In this document: one piece after another, positions 45,309-54,757 of the stretch
How positions within the stretch are numbered: position 1 is the first letter of the stretch
How the letters are laid out: each line of letters begins with the position of its first letter
Source: Thermoplasmata archaeon
GTDB lineage: Archaea; Thermoplasmatota; Thermoplasmata; Lutacidiplasmatales; UBA184
NCBI GenBank assembly: GCA_030037815.1
Contig: JASHPZ010000017.1
Coordinates: 1 to 56,799, forward strand
DNA: 56,799 bases
Direction: 5' to 3'
The notes under the pieces: generated by a model
Told to the model about the DNA's origin: nothing
Database searches by the model: none
What the model saw: only the letters and a program-made list of their open reading frames with translations
Translations under genes and position numbers: made by a program

Positions 45309-46649
45309 ATGGTGCTCGATTCGCTGGGGAAATCGCTCCGCGGGGTCCTCCAGAAGATCGCCCGCGGCGGCGCGGTCGACGAGGCGCTCCTCTCGGAGGT
45401 CGTCCGCGACATCCAGCGGGCGCTCCTCCAGGCCGACGTCAACGTCCAGCTGACGCTCGAACTGACCCAGCGGGTCCGCCGACGGGCGACGCAAGAGAAA
45501 CCCCCGGCCGGCGCGAGCCTGCGGGACTTCCTTGTCCGGATCATCTACGAGGAGATCCGCGGCATCCTCGGGAAGGACCGCGCGTTCGAGCTGAAGCCGC
45601 GCAAGGTCCTGCTCGCCGGGCTGTTCGGGCAGGGCAAGACGACCAGCGCCGGCAAGCTCGCGCGCTACTTCCAGAAGAAGGGGATCCGGGTCGGCCTGGT
45701 CGCGGCGGACGTCCACCGGCCGGCGGCGGTCGACCAGCTCGAGCAGCTCGCGAAGAAGGTCGGCGCGGAGTTCTACGCCAACCGCCAGGAGACCCGCGCC
45801 GAGGTGATCTGTCGGGAGGCGCTGGAGCGGTTCCCTCCGCACCTCGCCGTCATCGTCGACACCGCCGGTCGGAGCGGGCTCGACGCCGAGCTCATCGAGG
45901 AGCTGAAGCGCGTCCGCGCGGTCGTGCAACCGGATGAGGTCCTCCTGGTCCTCGACGCGGCGATGGGGCAGGCCGCGGGCCGGAGCGCCGAAGCGTTCCA
46001 CAAGGCGGTCGGCCTCACCGGCGTCATCCTGACGAAGCTCGACGGCTCCGCGAAGGGCGGCGGCGCCCTCTCCGCCGTCGCGGTGAGCGGCGCGCCGATC
46101 CTGTTCATCGGGACCGGAGAGCACATGGACGAGTTCGAGCGGTTCGAGCCGACCCGGTTCGTCTCGCGCCTCCTCGGGATGGGCGACATCCAGACGCTGC
46201 TCGAACGGTTCGAGGAGCTCTCCAACAAGGAAGCGGCCGAGGAGGCCGCGAAGAACCTGATGGGGGGCCGGTTCACGCTGCGCGACATGCGCACGCAGCT
46301 CGACTCCATCGGCCAGATGGGCTCGATCTCGAAGCTGCTCTCGATGTTCCCCGCGTTCGGTGCCCAGAAGATGGACGAGAAGTCGGTCGACCAGACCCAG
46401 GCCCGCCTGCGGCGGTTCCGCGCGATCCTCGACTCGATGACGCCCGAGGAGCTCGACGACGCGGCGCTGATCAAGGCGGACCGCGTCCACCGCATCGCGC
46501 GGGGGAGCGGCCAGCGGCCGCAGGAGGTCCGCTCGCTCCTGAAGCAGTACGAGACGACGCGCAAGGCGGCGCACGGGCTCGTGTCCAACCGTCGGCTCCG
46601 GCGCCAGCTCGAGAAGCAGTTCGCGGGCGGCGAGGCCGCCCCCGAGTGA
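45309..46649 (+). CDS. srp54: Signal recognition particle protein SRP54
   Basis: ALLQADVN, GQGKTT, DTAGR, TKLDGSAKGGG and an M domain with RIARGSG. Confidence 0.97.
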   Translation: MVLDSLGKSLRGVLQKIARGGAVDEALLSEVVRDIQRALLQADVNVQLTLELTQRVRRRATQEKPPAGASLRDFLVRIIYEEIRGILGKDRAFELKPRKVLLAGLFGQGKTTSAGKLARYFQKKGIRVGLVAADVHRPAAVDQLEQLAKKVGAEFYANRQETRAEVICREALERFPPHLAVIVDTAGRSGLDAELIEELKRVRAVVQPDEVLLVLDAAMGQAAGRSAEAFHKAVGLTGVILTKLDGSAKGGGALSAVAVSGAPILFIGTGEHMDEFERFEPTRFVSRLLGMGDIQTLLERFEELSNKEAAEEAAKNLMGGRFTLRDMRTQLDSIGQMGSISKLLSMFPAFGAQKMDEKSVDQTQARLRRFRAILDSMTPEELDDAALIKADRVHRIARGSGQRPQEVRSLLKQYETTRKAAHGLVSNRRLRRQLEKQFAGGEAAPE

Positions 46650-46665
46650 CGGAGCGGCGCGCCGC

Positions 46666-47211
46666 ATGTCCTACTGGGTCGTACTCGAAACGGTCGTCGG
46701 ACTCCTGCTCCTCTTCTTCCTCCCCGGCTACGGACTGACGCGGGCCGTCTTCCCCGAGTGGCGCCTCCGCGGCCCCGGTCGACTGCGGCGCGCGGTCGAG
46801 ACCGTCACGCTCTCGTTCGTCCTGAGCGTTGTCCTGACGGTCCTGGTCGGGTACGTCCTCCTGAGCGCGTCGCCGGGCGGGTTCCAGGCGAGCTGGAACG
46901 ACCCGCTCCTCGAAGCGATCCTCGCCGCCGTCGCCGGGCTCGCGCTCCTGGTCGCCGCGATGGAAGGGGCGTTCGGTCGCCCCGGTCCGACCCCGCCCTC
47001 CCACGACGCGGCCGGGGCGGCGGAAGAGGGGGCGTGGGAGCTCTCCCGCGACCTCGAGCGGTTGATGCGGGAGGAGCGCCGGATCTCGAAGGCGCTCGCC
47101 GCCCCGAGCGTGGACGCGGACGAAGGGGCGCGCCTCCGCGCGCGCCTCGAACGGGTCCGGGCGGACTCCGCCGCGTTGCGGGCACGACGGGAGGCGGAGT
47201 ATGCCCAATAG
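46666..47211 (+). CDS. Membrane protein, DUF1616-like N-terminus, C-terminal coiled coil
   Basis: FFLPGYGL...FP and E...LSFVLS patterns; three TM helices. Confidence 0.7.
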   Translation: MSYWVVLETVVGLLLLFFLPGYGLTRAVFPEWRLRGPGRLRRAVETVTLSFVLSVVLTVLVGYVLLSASPGGFQASWNDPLLEAILAAVAGLALLVAAMEGAFGRPGPTPPSHDAAGAAEEGAWELSRDLERLMREERRISKALAAPSVDADEGARLRARLERVRADSAALRARREAEYAQ

Positions 47212-47581
47212 ACGCCCGCCGCGGGGCGGACCGTACAAGATGGTCCTGATCCTGCGCGGCGAGATCCGTCTCACGGCCGGCAAGGCGGCGGTCCAGGCGG
47301 CCCACGCGGCCGTTCTCCTCGTACAGAAGGCCGAGGCGCGCCGGCTCGCGGCCCTCGCGCCCTGGCTCGCGGAAGGGCAGAAGAAGGTCGCGCTGACGGT
47401 CGAGACCCTGGACGAGATGAGCGCGGTCGAGCGCCGCGCCCGGGCGGCCGGCATCCCGACGGTGTGGGTGGAGGACGCGGGCTTTACCGAGGTCGCGCCC
47501 GGCACCCGGACCTGCCTCGGCCTGGGTCCCGCGACCGGCGCGGAGCTCGACCCGATCACCGGCGAGCTCGCGCTCCTCTGA
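47201..47581 (+). CDS. pth2: Peptidyl-tRNA hydrolase Pth2
   Basis: GKAAVQAAHA, GQKKVAL, DAGFTEV and ITGELALL motifs. Confidence 0.95.
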   Translation: MPNRRPPRGGPYKMVLILRGEIRLTAGKAAVQAAHAAVLLVQKAEARRLAALAPWLAEGQKKVALTVETLDEMSAVERRARAAGIPTVWVEDAGFTEVAPGTRTCLGLGPATGAELDPITGELALL

Positions 47582-47624
47582 CCCGAGTCCGCCCGCGATG
47601 GCGGACGACGGAAGCTCCTCCGAT

Positions 47625-47690
47625 CAATAGAAACACAAGACCCCAAGGGCCCGCAACCGCGGGCCCCCGGGGAGGGGAAAAGGTTCGCCC
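47625..47690 (-). terminator. Terminator of the substrate-binding protein gene
   Basis: Minus strand: CCTTTTCCCCTCC, then hairpin GGGCCCGC-ggtt-GCGGGCCC, then TCTTGTGTTTCTATT. Confidence 0.55.
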
Positions 47691-47708
47691 GATCGCACCT
47701 CGTCCGGC

Positions 47709-50700
47709 TTAGGACGACGGGGGCGACTGGCTGCTGCCGTCACCCTTGTTGTCGCTGCCCTGCCAGCTCTGCGGCGGGTTCCCCATCGGCGGCTTCCGGC
47801 GCGCGAACATGATCGCGAGCACCAGGAAGATCAACGCCAGGACCGCGAACACCCCGATCAGCGCGTAGGCGAGCGTGCCGAGGTAGTTCGAGTTCGTGGA
47901 CGTACCGGTGGTGGTCGTCTGGCTCAGCGTGATCGCCGGCACCGGCACAGGGGCGCCGTTCACGGTGAACGTGCCGCCCGACGGCGAGGCGTACCAGCCG
48001 GACGGGGCGATGACCCCGAAGCTGTACGTCCCGTTCGCCAAGGCGACCTGGACCGTGTTCGCGCCGCTCGCCGGGGTCAACGTCTGGCCGTTCACCTGGA
48101 CCGTCCAGCCCGACCCGCCGTTCACCGTGAAGGTGACCGTGTAGGTCGCGCCCGTGGTCGACTGGCTGATGACGACCACGACCGCCTGCGCGGCGCCCGC
48201 CACCAGGACCGAGCCCGACGCCGGACTCGCCGTGTAGCCCGCCGGGACCCCGACCGTGTAGGTCTGGGTGCCGTTCGGCAGGTTGAACGCGAGCGAGTTC
48301 GTGGTCGAGTTCATGGTGACGCCGTTGATCGTCACGCTCCAGGTCGATCCCGCGGGCAACGTGCCACCCTCGAAGAAGGTGACCGTGTACAGGGTCGGCG
48401 TGAAGGTGATCGGCTCATTGACGGCCGCGCCCGCCACCGTCGTCGTCCCGCTGGACGGCGAGATCGTGTAGCCCGACACCGCGGCGATGCTGAACGGATA
48501 CGACCCGTTCGGCAGGGTGTACGAGATGGTGGTCGACGAACTCGTCTTCACGGTCCCGTTGAGGTTGACCTGCCACGTGAAGCTGCCCGTGAGGCCGCTC
48601 TCCGTGAAGGTCACCGTGTAGACTGCGTTCGAGAACGGCACCGCCACGTTGACGTTCGCCCCGTTGACGGTCACGCTGCCGGTGTTGGACGGTGGATACC
48701 ATCCCGCCGGACCGGTGATCGTGTAGCCGTACGTCCCGTTCACCTGCGTGAACGAGATCGTCGTCCCGGTGGACGTCTGCGTGAAGCCGTTCAGGGTCAC
48801 CGCCCAGGTCGACGACGCGGGCAAGCCCGACTCGGTGAAGTTCACCGCGTAGGTCGAGTACACCGCCGGCGTGTAGACGATGGTCGCGCTCGCGCCGGAC
48901 GACGTCACCGTGACGTTGCCCGGGCCCGAGTTGGTGTAGCCGACGAGCGTTCCGGGCGTGTAGGCGTACGCCGCCGCCGGCACCGCGAACACCATGCTGG
49001 TCTGGTTGGTGCGCAATCCGCCGACTCCCGCCACCGACGCCGTCCAGTTCGTGCCCGAGACGATCCCCTGCTCGTTGAGGGTCAACGAGTAGGTCGTGCC
49101 CGAGAACGCCGTGAACGTCACCGCCGTGTTGACCGAGCTGCCCGCGACCGTGACCGTTCCCGTGACCGGGCTCGCGCCGTAGCCGGACACGAATCCGATC
49201 GTGTACGGCTCCGTCCCGTTGACCTGGCCCGCGAAGACGATCGTCGACGCGCTGGACGTCTGGGTCGAAGTCCCGAGCGTCACCGACCAGGTCGTACCGG
49301 CCGGCAGGCCCGACTCCGTGAAGTTCACGTCGAAGGCGTTCGACGCGTACCCCCAGTTGAACCACAGCTGGTCACCGCCGCCGCCGATCATCACGTTCGT
49401 GTTGATCGTGGCCGGGTTGATCCACGAGCCGTAGATCGACACACCGAGCGACTGGTCGAGCGACATGTACAGACCGAGCGTGTTCGCGATGTGCTCCGCC
49501 AGGTTGTAGTCGAGCGTCCGCTGCGGGATGTTCGTCTCCGTCGCGGCGGTCGTCAGCCAGGCGTTCATCACGTCGTACGCGATCCCCTGGCAGTCGTTCG
49601 GCAGCTGGCCGATGTTCGCCCAGTAGGTCAGGTTCGCCCAGTCCGGCGTCGCGTGGCCGCACGCGGTGACGTTGTTGTACGGGGCCTCGTTGGTCTGCTG
49701 CCAGACCGCGTCCACGAACGTGTACGTCGCGTTCGGGCCGTACATCGGGGCCACGTAGTCGGTGGGGTCCGGGTAGTCGGGAGCCCAGCCGTAGTTGTAC
49801 ATCGGCATGTTCCCGTAGCCCGGAGGCAGACCGACACCGCTCGCGATCGTGTTCGCCGGCTCGTCCAGCAGGTACGGCTGGAGCGAGTTGTTGGAGAACG
49901 TCTCGACGTTGGCGATCTCGAGGTTGATCGCGCTGTCCACCGAGAAGGCGCCCTGGAAGTTGATGATGGGGAACTTACAGGGGCTCGACGACGTACAGCC
50001 CGCGACCTCGGGGTCATACCACTGCGAGCTCGGGTTGTTGAGCTGGTACCACCACCAGGTCACGTTGCCCGTCTGGGTGGGGTTCGACGTCGGGTCCCCG
50101 CCCGGCCAGGAGATGTTCTGGGGGTAGTAGTTGCCCATGTTCAGCGGGATCATGCCGCCGTAGTTCTCGCCCAACTGGATCCCGTCTACCGTGAAGATCG
50201 TGTTGATGATCGTCTGGTAGGGGTACGAGTTGATCAAGAACTGCCGCAGCCCGACGTTGCTGAACCAGTCGCCCGGCACGTTCAGCTGGCCCGTCGTGTC
50301 GATCAGGTTCTCCGCCGCGACGCTGAAGTTCAGCTCGAACGGATAGAAGAAGATCGACAGCGTCGGGATGTTGGTCTGGATCCCGTACTTCCCCTCGTTC
50401 ACGAGCTGAAGCACCGTGCCCAAGTGGGACGCGTCGACACCCGCGGTGTCGGCGTAACCCGCGATCAACTGCTGGAGGCCGACCGTGTCGTCAGGCTCCC
50501 AGTAGACGTTGACCGTCGCGTCGTACTGGCCCGGCTCGGGCAGGCAGCCCGGCTGGCCCGCGCAGCCCGTCGGGGCCGCGTACGCGGGGTTCGCCTGGAG
50601 GAAGTAGCCGACTCCGTTGTTGATCTCGTTGTTCGGGCTCGAGGAGTAGTACGGTCCCGAGCCGATCATCGTCCACTGGACCCCGGCCTGCGGCGAGGGG

Positions 50701-51755
50701 TAGTTGGTGATGGTCGAGCCTTCGACCGCGTCCCACGCGTACGGGCTCACGCTGGCGACGTAGTTCGTGAACGCCGACTGGCTCGTGCTCGTCGCGTTGC
50801 CCGGGAGCAGGCACGGCCCGTCCCCGTCCGTCGCGTTCGAGCCCAGCCAGCCCGGCAGGCCCGCGTTCAGGTAGGTGAAGGCACCGCACGGAACGACGCT
50901 GCCACCCATCGGGTCCGCGACCAGCTCGAGGAAGTACGGCCAGATCGTGCCGGACGCACCGACATCGAACGTGACGCAGCCGTTGGTCGCGAGCGAGATC
51001 GACGCGCTCGGACAGTACGCCGAGTCATTGACCAGGATCGCCGACAGGACGTGGTTCGGGGTGTTGTTGAACGGCGCGTGGATGCCGCCGTCCCAGCTCG
51101 AGTTCCCGCCCGGGATCAGGTCCTGGGTGTTGATCCAGCCGTTGTAGACACCGAACGGATTCGCGAACGCCATCGTCCGGTCGAAGCTGAACACGACGTC
51201 CGAGGGGTAGATCGGCCAGCTGTTGCCGGTCGACGGGTCGTAGAACCGCGCCGCCGAGTCGATCTCGAACGTGTAGTATTCGGGGGCGCCCGTCGTCGCG
51301 TTGTTGAAGACGAGGGTCGAACCGCCGAACTGGTTCTGGCACTCGAGGGAACCCGGGACGCACGTCGCGACTTCCGGAACGAACCCGTTCGGGGTCGGCA
51401 CGGTGCTCGTGCCGTTGTACGCGATCAGCGTCTCGTAGGTGTTCCAAATCGGCTCCGCATTCACGGTGTAGTAGGCCGCCGCCGGGTCGACCGTGGTTCC
51501 GGCGCCCGTCGGTTCGTAGATGTCGAGGGTACCCGGGTGAGGTCCGCCGCCCGAGGCCGGCGTGGCCGCGGTGGCGGTCTGGGTAGTCGGCGTCGACGTC
51601 ACCTGCACCGTCGGAGAGCTCGCCGACGCCGCCGGAGTCGCGGCGGAATTTCCGCCGGGCGACACGGCGCTCGCGGGAACAAAGCTCAGACAGAGCAGGG
51701 CGATTACGGCCATGATGGCGAAAGTCGCAACTCGCCCAATCCGGTTGGCTCTCAT
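47709..51755 (-). CDS. Oligopeptide ABC substrate-binding protein (family 5) with Ig-like stalk and C-terminal TM anchor
   Basis: Signal peptide; VDPA, YETLIAY, DVVFSFDR, GSGPY and GWAPDYPDP motifs; six repeats; TM helix plus RRK. Divergent from oppBCD. Confidence 0.9.
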   Translation of the reverse strand: MRANRIGRVATFAIMAVIALLCLSFVPASAVSPGGNSAATPAASASSPTVQVTSTPTTQTATAATPASGGGPHPGTLDIYEPTGAGTTVDPAAAYYTVNAEPIWNTYETLIAYNGTSTVPTPNGFVPEVATCVPGSLECQNQFGGSTLVFNNATTGAPEYYTFEIDSAARFYDPSTGNSWPIYPSDVVFSFDRTMAFANPFGVYNGWINTQDLIPGGNSSWDGGIHAPFNNTPNHVLSAILVNDSAYCPSASISLATNGCVTFDVGASGTIWPYFLELVADPMGGSVVPCGAFTYLNAGLPGWLGSNATDGDGPCLLPGNATSTSQSAFTNYVASVSPYAWDAVEGSTITNYPSPQAGVQWTMIGSGPYYSSSPNNEINNGVGYFLQANPAYAAPTGCAGQPGCLPEPGQYDATVNVYWEPDDTVGLQQLIAGYADTAGVDASHLGTVLQLVNEGKYGIQTNIPTLSIFFYPFELNFSVAAENLIDTTGQLNVPGDWFSNVGLRQFLINSYPYQTIINTIFTVDGIQLGENYGGMIPLNMGNYYPQNISWPGGDPTSNPTQTGNVTWWWYQLNNPSSQWYDPEVAGCTSSSPCKFPIINFQGAFSVDSAINLEIANVETFSNNSLQPYLLDEPANTIASGVGLPPGYGNMPMYNYGWAPDYPDPTDYVAPMYGPNATYTFVDAVWQQTNEAPYNNVTACGHATPDWANLTYWANIGQLPNDCQGIAYDVMNAWLTTAATETNIPQRTLDYNLAEHIANTLGLYMSLDQSLGVSIYGSWINPATINTNVMIGGGGDQLWFNWGYASNAFDVNFTESGLPAGTTWSVTLGTSTQTSSASTIVFAGQVNGTEPYTIGFVSGYGASPVTGTVTVAGSSVNTAVTFTAFSGTTYSLTLNEQGIVSGTNWTASVAGVGGLRTNQTSMVFAVPAAAYAYTPGTLVGYTNSGPGNVTVTSSGASATIVYTPAVYSTYAVNFTESGLPASSTWAVTLNGFTQTSTGTTISFTQVNGTYGYTITGPAGWYPPSNTGSVTVNGANVNVAVPFSNAVYTVTFTESGLTGSFTWQVNLNGTVKTSSSTTISYTLPNGSYPFSIAAVSGYTISPSSGTTTVAGAAVNEPITFTPTLYTVTFFEGGTLPAGSTWSVTINGVTMNSTTNSLAFNLPNGTQTYTVGVPAGYTASPASGSVLVAGAAQAVVVVISQSTTGATYTVTFTVNGGSGWTVQVNGQTLTPASGANTVQVALANGTYSFGVIAPSGWYASPSGGTFTVNGAPVPVPAITLSQTTTTGTSTNSNYLGTLAYALIGVFAVLALIFLVLAIMFARRKPPMGNPPQSWQGSDNKGDGSSQSPPSS
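47920..49340 (-). repeat. Six ~78-aa thermopsin-type Ig-like repeats
   Basis: Recurrent YxVxFxESGLPxxxxWxVxxNG...NGxYxY...GxVTVxG. Boundaries approximate. Confidence 0.88.
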
Positions 51756-52017
51756 TCTCTAAACCCCTTATGCATTGGACCCGCGGGTCCAACCTTCGGC
51801 CGACCGAACGGGGCCCCCGATATAAACCTTACATTCTGGCGATTTCTCGATACGTATTCACGACGTCTAACACGCCCTCCGGAAGGGAATAAATCGACCG
51901 GAGAAAGTGATTCGTCGCGCGGACGGGTCCGATTTTTTCGACTGCCCGGCCGCGAGTCGTTTCGCCCGTTCGAATGAATAAATACTCCGAAACCTCCCGT
52001 GAGACGAGGGCGAGCCG
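51756..52017. promoter_or_regulatory. AT-enriched divergent promoter region of the peptide ABC system
   Basis: TTTATATC on the minus strand (51819-51826) and ATAAATA on the plus strand (51978-51984). Confidence 0.65.
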
Positions 52018-53235
52018 ATGAAGATGTGGATCTACATCGTGCGCCGACTGGTGCTGTTGATCCCCGTCATCATCGGGGTGATGACGATCACCTTCCTCCT
52101 GCTCAGCTCGCTCAGCGTTCAGCAGCAGATCATCGCCCACTTCGGCGAGCCGCCGCGACAGAACCCGACGGAGTACAACCAGTACTTACCGTGCCCCGGG
52201 AACCGGAGCCAGCAGTGCCTGAACCCGATCTACGTCAAACTCACGAAGCAACTCGGATTGAATCAACCTGCCCCTGTACAGTGGGGGTACTACCTGTACC
52301 GGAGCTTCACGTTCCAGTGGGGCACGGTCGCGAACCAGAGCACGGCCGGCCAGGCGATCCGCGTCGCCGAGGGTCAGCCCGTGGTGACGGTGCTCGGCTG
52401 GTTCCTTCCCTACACGTTGGAGTTAGCGGCGTTATCGCTCGCGATCATCCTCGCCGTCGCGCTCCCGTTGGGTAACCTCGCGGCGGTCAACCGGAACCGG
52501 CCCGTCGATCAGGTGGCGCGGGTGATGTCGTTCTCCGGATTCGCTTTGCCGGGTTTCCTGTTAAGCGCCCTCGTCTTGATGGGGACGGTTTTAGCGATCT
52601 CGTCGGTGACCGGGGCCGTCGTCCATACCCCGTGGTGCCCATCGGGGGAGGCGACTTGGCTCGAGTTCTGGGGCTCGTGGCCGTCGAACTCCTGCTTCCC
52701 CGGAGGTCAATATCCGTTGTGGATGCACGGAGGGTATCAGACCAGCCCGACCGGATTCCCCACGGTCGACGCCCTCCTCCACCACCAGTACTGGCTCGCG
52801 GCCGATTCGCTGCTCCGGATGGCGCTCCCCGCGCTCGTCATCGCGTTCGGCTCGGTCGCCATTCTGCTGCGGTTCGTCCGCAACAGCATGCTCGAAGTGA
52901 TGAACCTCGACTTCGTGCGCACCGCGCGGGCCGAAGGGATCCCGGAACAGCGCGTGATCAAACGCCACGCGGGACGGAACTCGCTCAACGTCACCGTCAC
53001 CGTGCTCGGCCTCACGTTCGCGTTCTTCATCGGCGGTTTTCCAATCATCGAGGACGTGTTCCACCTCCGGGGAGTGGGGTTGATGCTCCAGCTCGCCGCC
53101 AGTAGTTCGAACGGTTCGATCGATTTCGCGTTGGTCTTCGGTTCCACCCTCCTGTTCACGTTCATCGTCGTGATCGCGAACATCATCGTGGACGTGATCT
53201 ACGCGTACCTGGACCCGAGGGTCCGGCTGGGGTGA
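52018..53235 (+). CDS. Oligopeptide ABC permease (OppB/DppB)
   Basis: YIVRRL, LGLNQP, TLEL, DFVRTARAEG (EAA loop) and YAYLDPRVR motifs. Confidence 0.95.
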   Translation: MKMWIYIVRRLVLLIPVIIGVMTITFLLLSSLSVQQQIIAHFGEPPRQNPTEYNQYLPCPGNRSQQCLNPIYVKLTKQLGLNQPAPVQWGYYLYRSFTFQWGTVANQSTAGQAIRVAEGQPVVTVLGWFLPYTLELAALSLAIILAVALPLGNLAAVNRNRPVDQVARVMSFSGFALPGFLLSALVLMGTVLAISSVTGAVVHTPWCPSGEATWLEFWGSWPSNSCFPGGQYPLWMHGGYQTSPTGFPTVDALLHHQYWLAADSLLRMALPALVIAFGSVAILLRFVRNSMLEVMNLDFVRTARAEGIPEQRVIKRHAGRNSLNVTVTVLGLTFAFFIGGFPIIEDVFHLRGVGLMLQLAASSSNGSIDFALVFGSTLLFTFIVVIANIIVDVIYAYLDPRVRLG

Positions 53236-53241
53236 GGGTCG

Positions 53242-54744
53242 ATGAGCGGTACTCCCTCCGGAACGGCCCCCGCGGCGCCCGCACCGACCCCGCCCGCCGC
53301 CCCCGCCAAGAAGGCGGCGAAACCCGGACGCCGGCCGAACCCACGGATCGCCCAGTGGAAGCGCACCTGGTACTTCCTGCGACGGAACACGCTCGCCCTG
53401 GTCGGGCTCGGGATTATCCTCGCGCTGGTCGCGATGGCCCTCTACGCCGCGACCACCCCGCTCAACTACTACACCATGACCCAGTACTGCGCCACCAGCC
53501 AGACGAACCCGACGGCGTTCACCAGTACGGGAGTGGACCTGACCATCGTCCCGAGCCTGGACAACGGGACGTATTCGTACACCCTGTCGACGACCCAATT
53601 CGGCTTCGCCCCCTCGCCCTCGACCGGTAATTTCACTGTCAACGGCGCCGCGTTAACGGTCAACGTCACGTTCGTGGCCAAGCCGGCGTCGTTCCACAAC
53701 GCCCCGGCCGCGTCGGTCGTACCGACGGCCGGCGCCGCCCCGCCGCCGTACTCGGTGGTCTTCCACGAGTCGGGCCTTCCGGCCGGCGCCTCCTGGAAGG
53801 TCACCGCCAGCGTCACGTCGGAGAACCAGTGCAAGGGGTCCCAGGTGTGCACCTACCTGCAAGGTTCCACCCCGCCCGGTCCGGGCTGCTACCAGGTGCC
53901 GTGCACGAGCGCCCAGGTCTGCTACCTCTCCGTGATCGCCCCGACGATCACCCTCAACCCGCCGACCGCGGGGCCGCTTCCGCTGGGAGCTCTGACGCTG
54001 AACCCCGCCGAACAGTACTTCTACAATACGTGGGACGGGCTGCTGCGCGGCTCCGACTGGTCGCTGATGATCTCCCTCTCGATCGTCGCCGGAGGGGCGA
54101 TGATCGGGTTGTTCGTCGGCGCGATCTCCGGCGCCTTTGGCGGGGTCGTCGACGAGGCGATCATGCGGCTGGTCGATATCTTCCTGTCAATCCCGCAGAT
54201 CCTCTTCGTGATCATCGTCATCGCCGTGATCACCCAACATCAGGGCGGCGTGTTCGGATTATCGGCGGCGAACACGCCGATCTTCCTCCTGATCGTCGGG
54301 TTCCTGGTCACGTGGTGGCCGTTCTACGCCCGCGTCGTGCGCGGCCAGGTCCTCGTCATCCGCGAGCAGAAGTACGTCGAGGCCGCCCGCGCGAGCGGCG
54401 CCGGCCGCGGCCGGATCATCCGCCGCCACATCATCCCGAACAGCATGTACCCGATCTTCATTCAGATGAGCCTGGACGTCGGGTCGATCCCGCTTTTGAT
54501 CGGCGCCCTGATCTTCCTCGGGTTCCGCCTCTTCCAGAGCTCCTACTTCCCCGAGTGGGGGTCTGTCTCGGCGCTGTCGGTCATTCAGCTCCAGGGATTC
54601 CTGACGACTTGCCAGGTCGGGCAGTGCATCGTGCCGTGGTGGCAGTTCCTGTTCCCCGGCTTCGTACTGTTCATGTTCGCCATCAGCGTGAACTTCCTCT
54701 CCGACGGCCTGCGCGACGCCCTCGACCCGCGGCTGCGGAGGTAA
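53242..54744 (+). CDS. Oligopeptide ABC permease (OppC/DppC) with inserted extracellular domain
   Basis: MRLVDIFLSIP, YVEAARASG, HIIPN and DGLRDALDPR motifs; insertion of about 200 aa after TM1. Confidence 0.95.
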   Translation: MSGTPSGTAPAAPAPTPPAAPAKKAAKPGRRPNPRIAQWKRTWYFLRRNTLALVGLGIILALVAMALYAATTPLNYYTMTQYCATSQTNPTAFTSTGVDLTIVPSLDNGTYSYTLSTTQFGFAPSPSTGNFTVNGAALTVNVTFVAKPASFHNAPAASVVPTAGAAPPPYSVVFHESGLPAGASWKVTASVTSENQCKGSQVCTYLQGSTPPGPGCYQVPCTSAQVCYLSVIAPTITLNPPTAGPLPLGALTLNPAEQYFYNTWDGLLRGSDWSLMISLSIVAGGAMIGLFVGAISGAFGGVVDEAIMRLVDIFLSIPQILFVIIVIAVITQHQGGVFGLSAANTPIFLLIVGFLVTWWPFYARVVRGQVLVIREQKYVEAARASGAGRGRIIRRHIIPNSMYPIFIQMSLDVGSIPLLIGALIFLGFRLFQSSYFPEWGSVSALSVIQLQGFLTTCQVGQCIVPWWQFLFPGFVLFMFAISVNFLSDGLRDALDPRLRR

Positions 54745-54757
54745 CCCGGAGGCATCG

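Noticed and set aside
52250-52620. Locally AT-richer codons in oppB as evidence of horizontal transfer
   Set aside because: The patch is short and the operon shares lineage-type repeats with the binding protein. It cannot be supported without computation.
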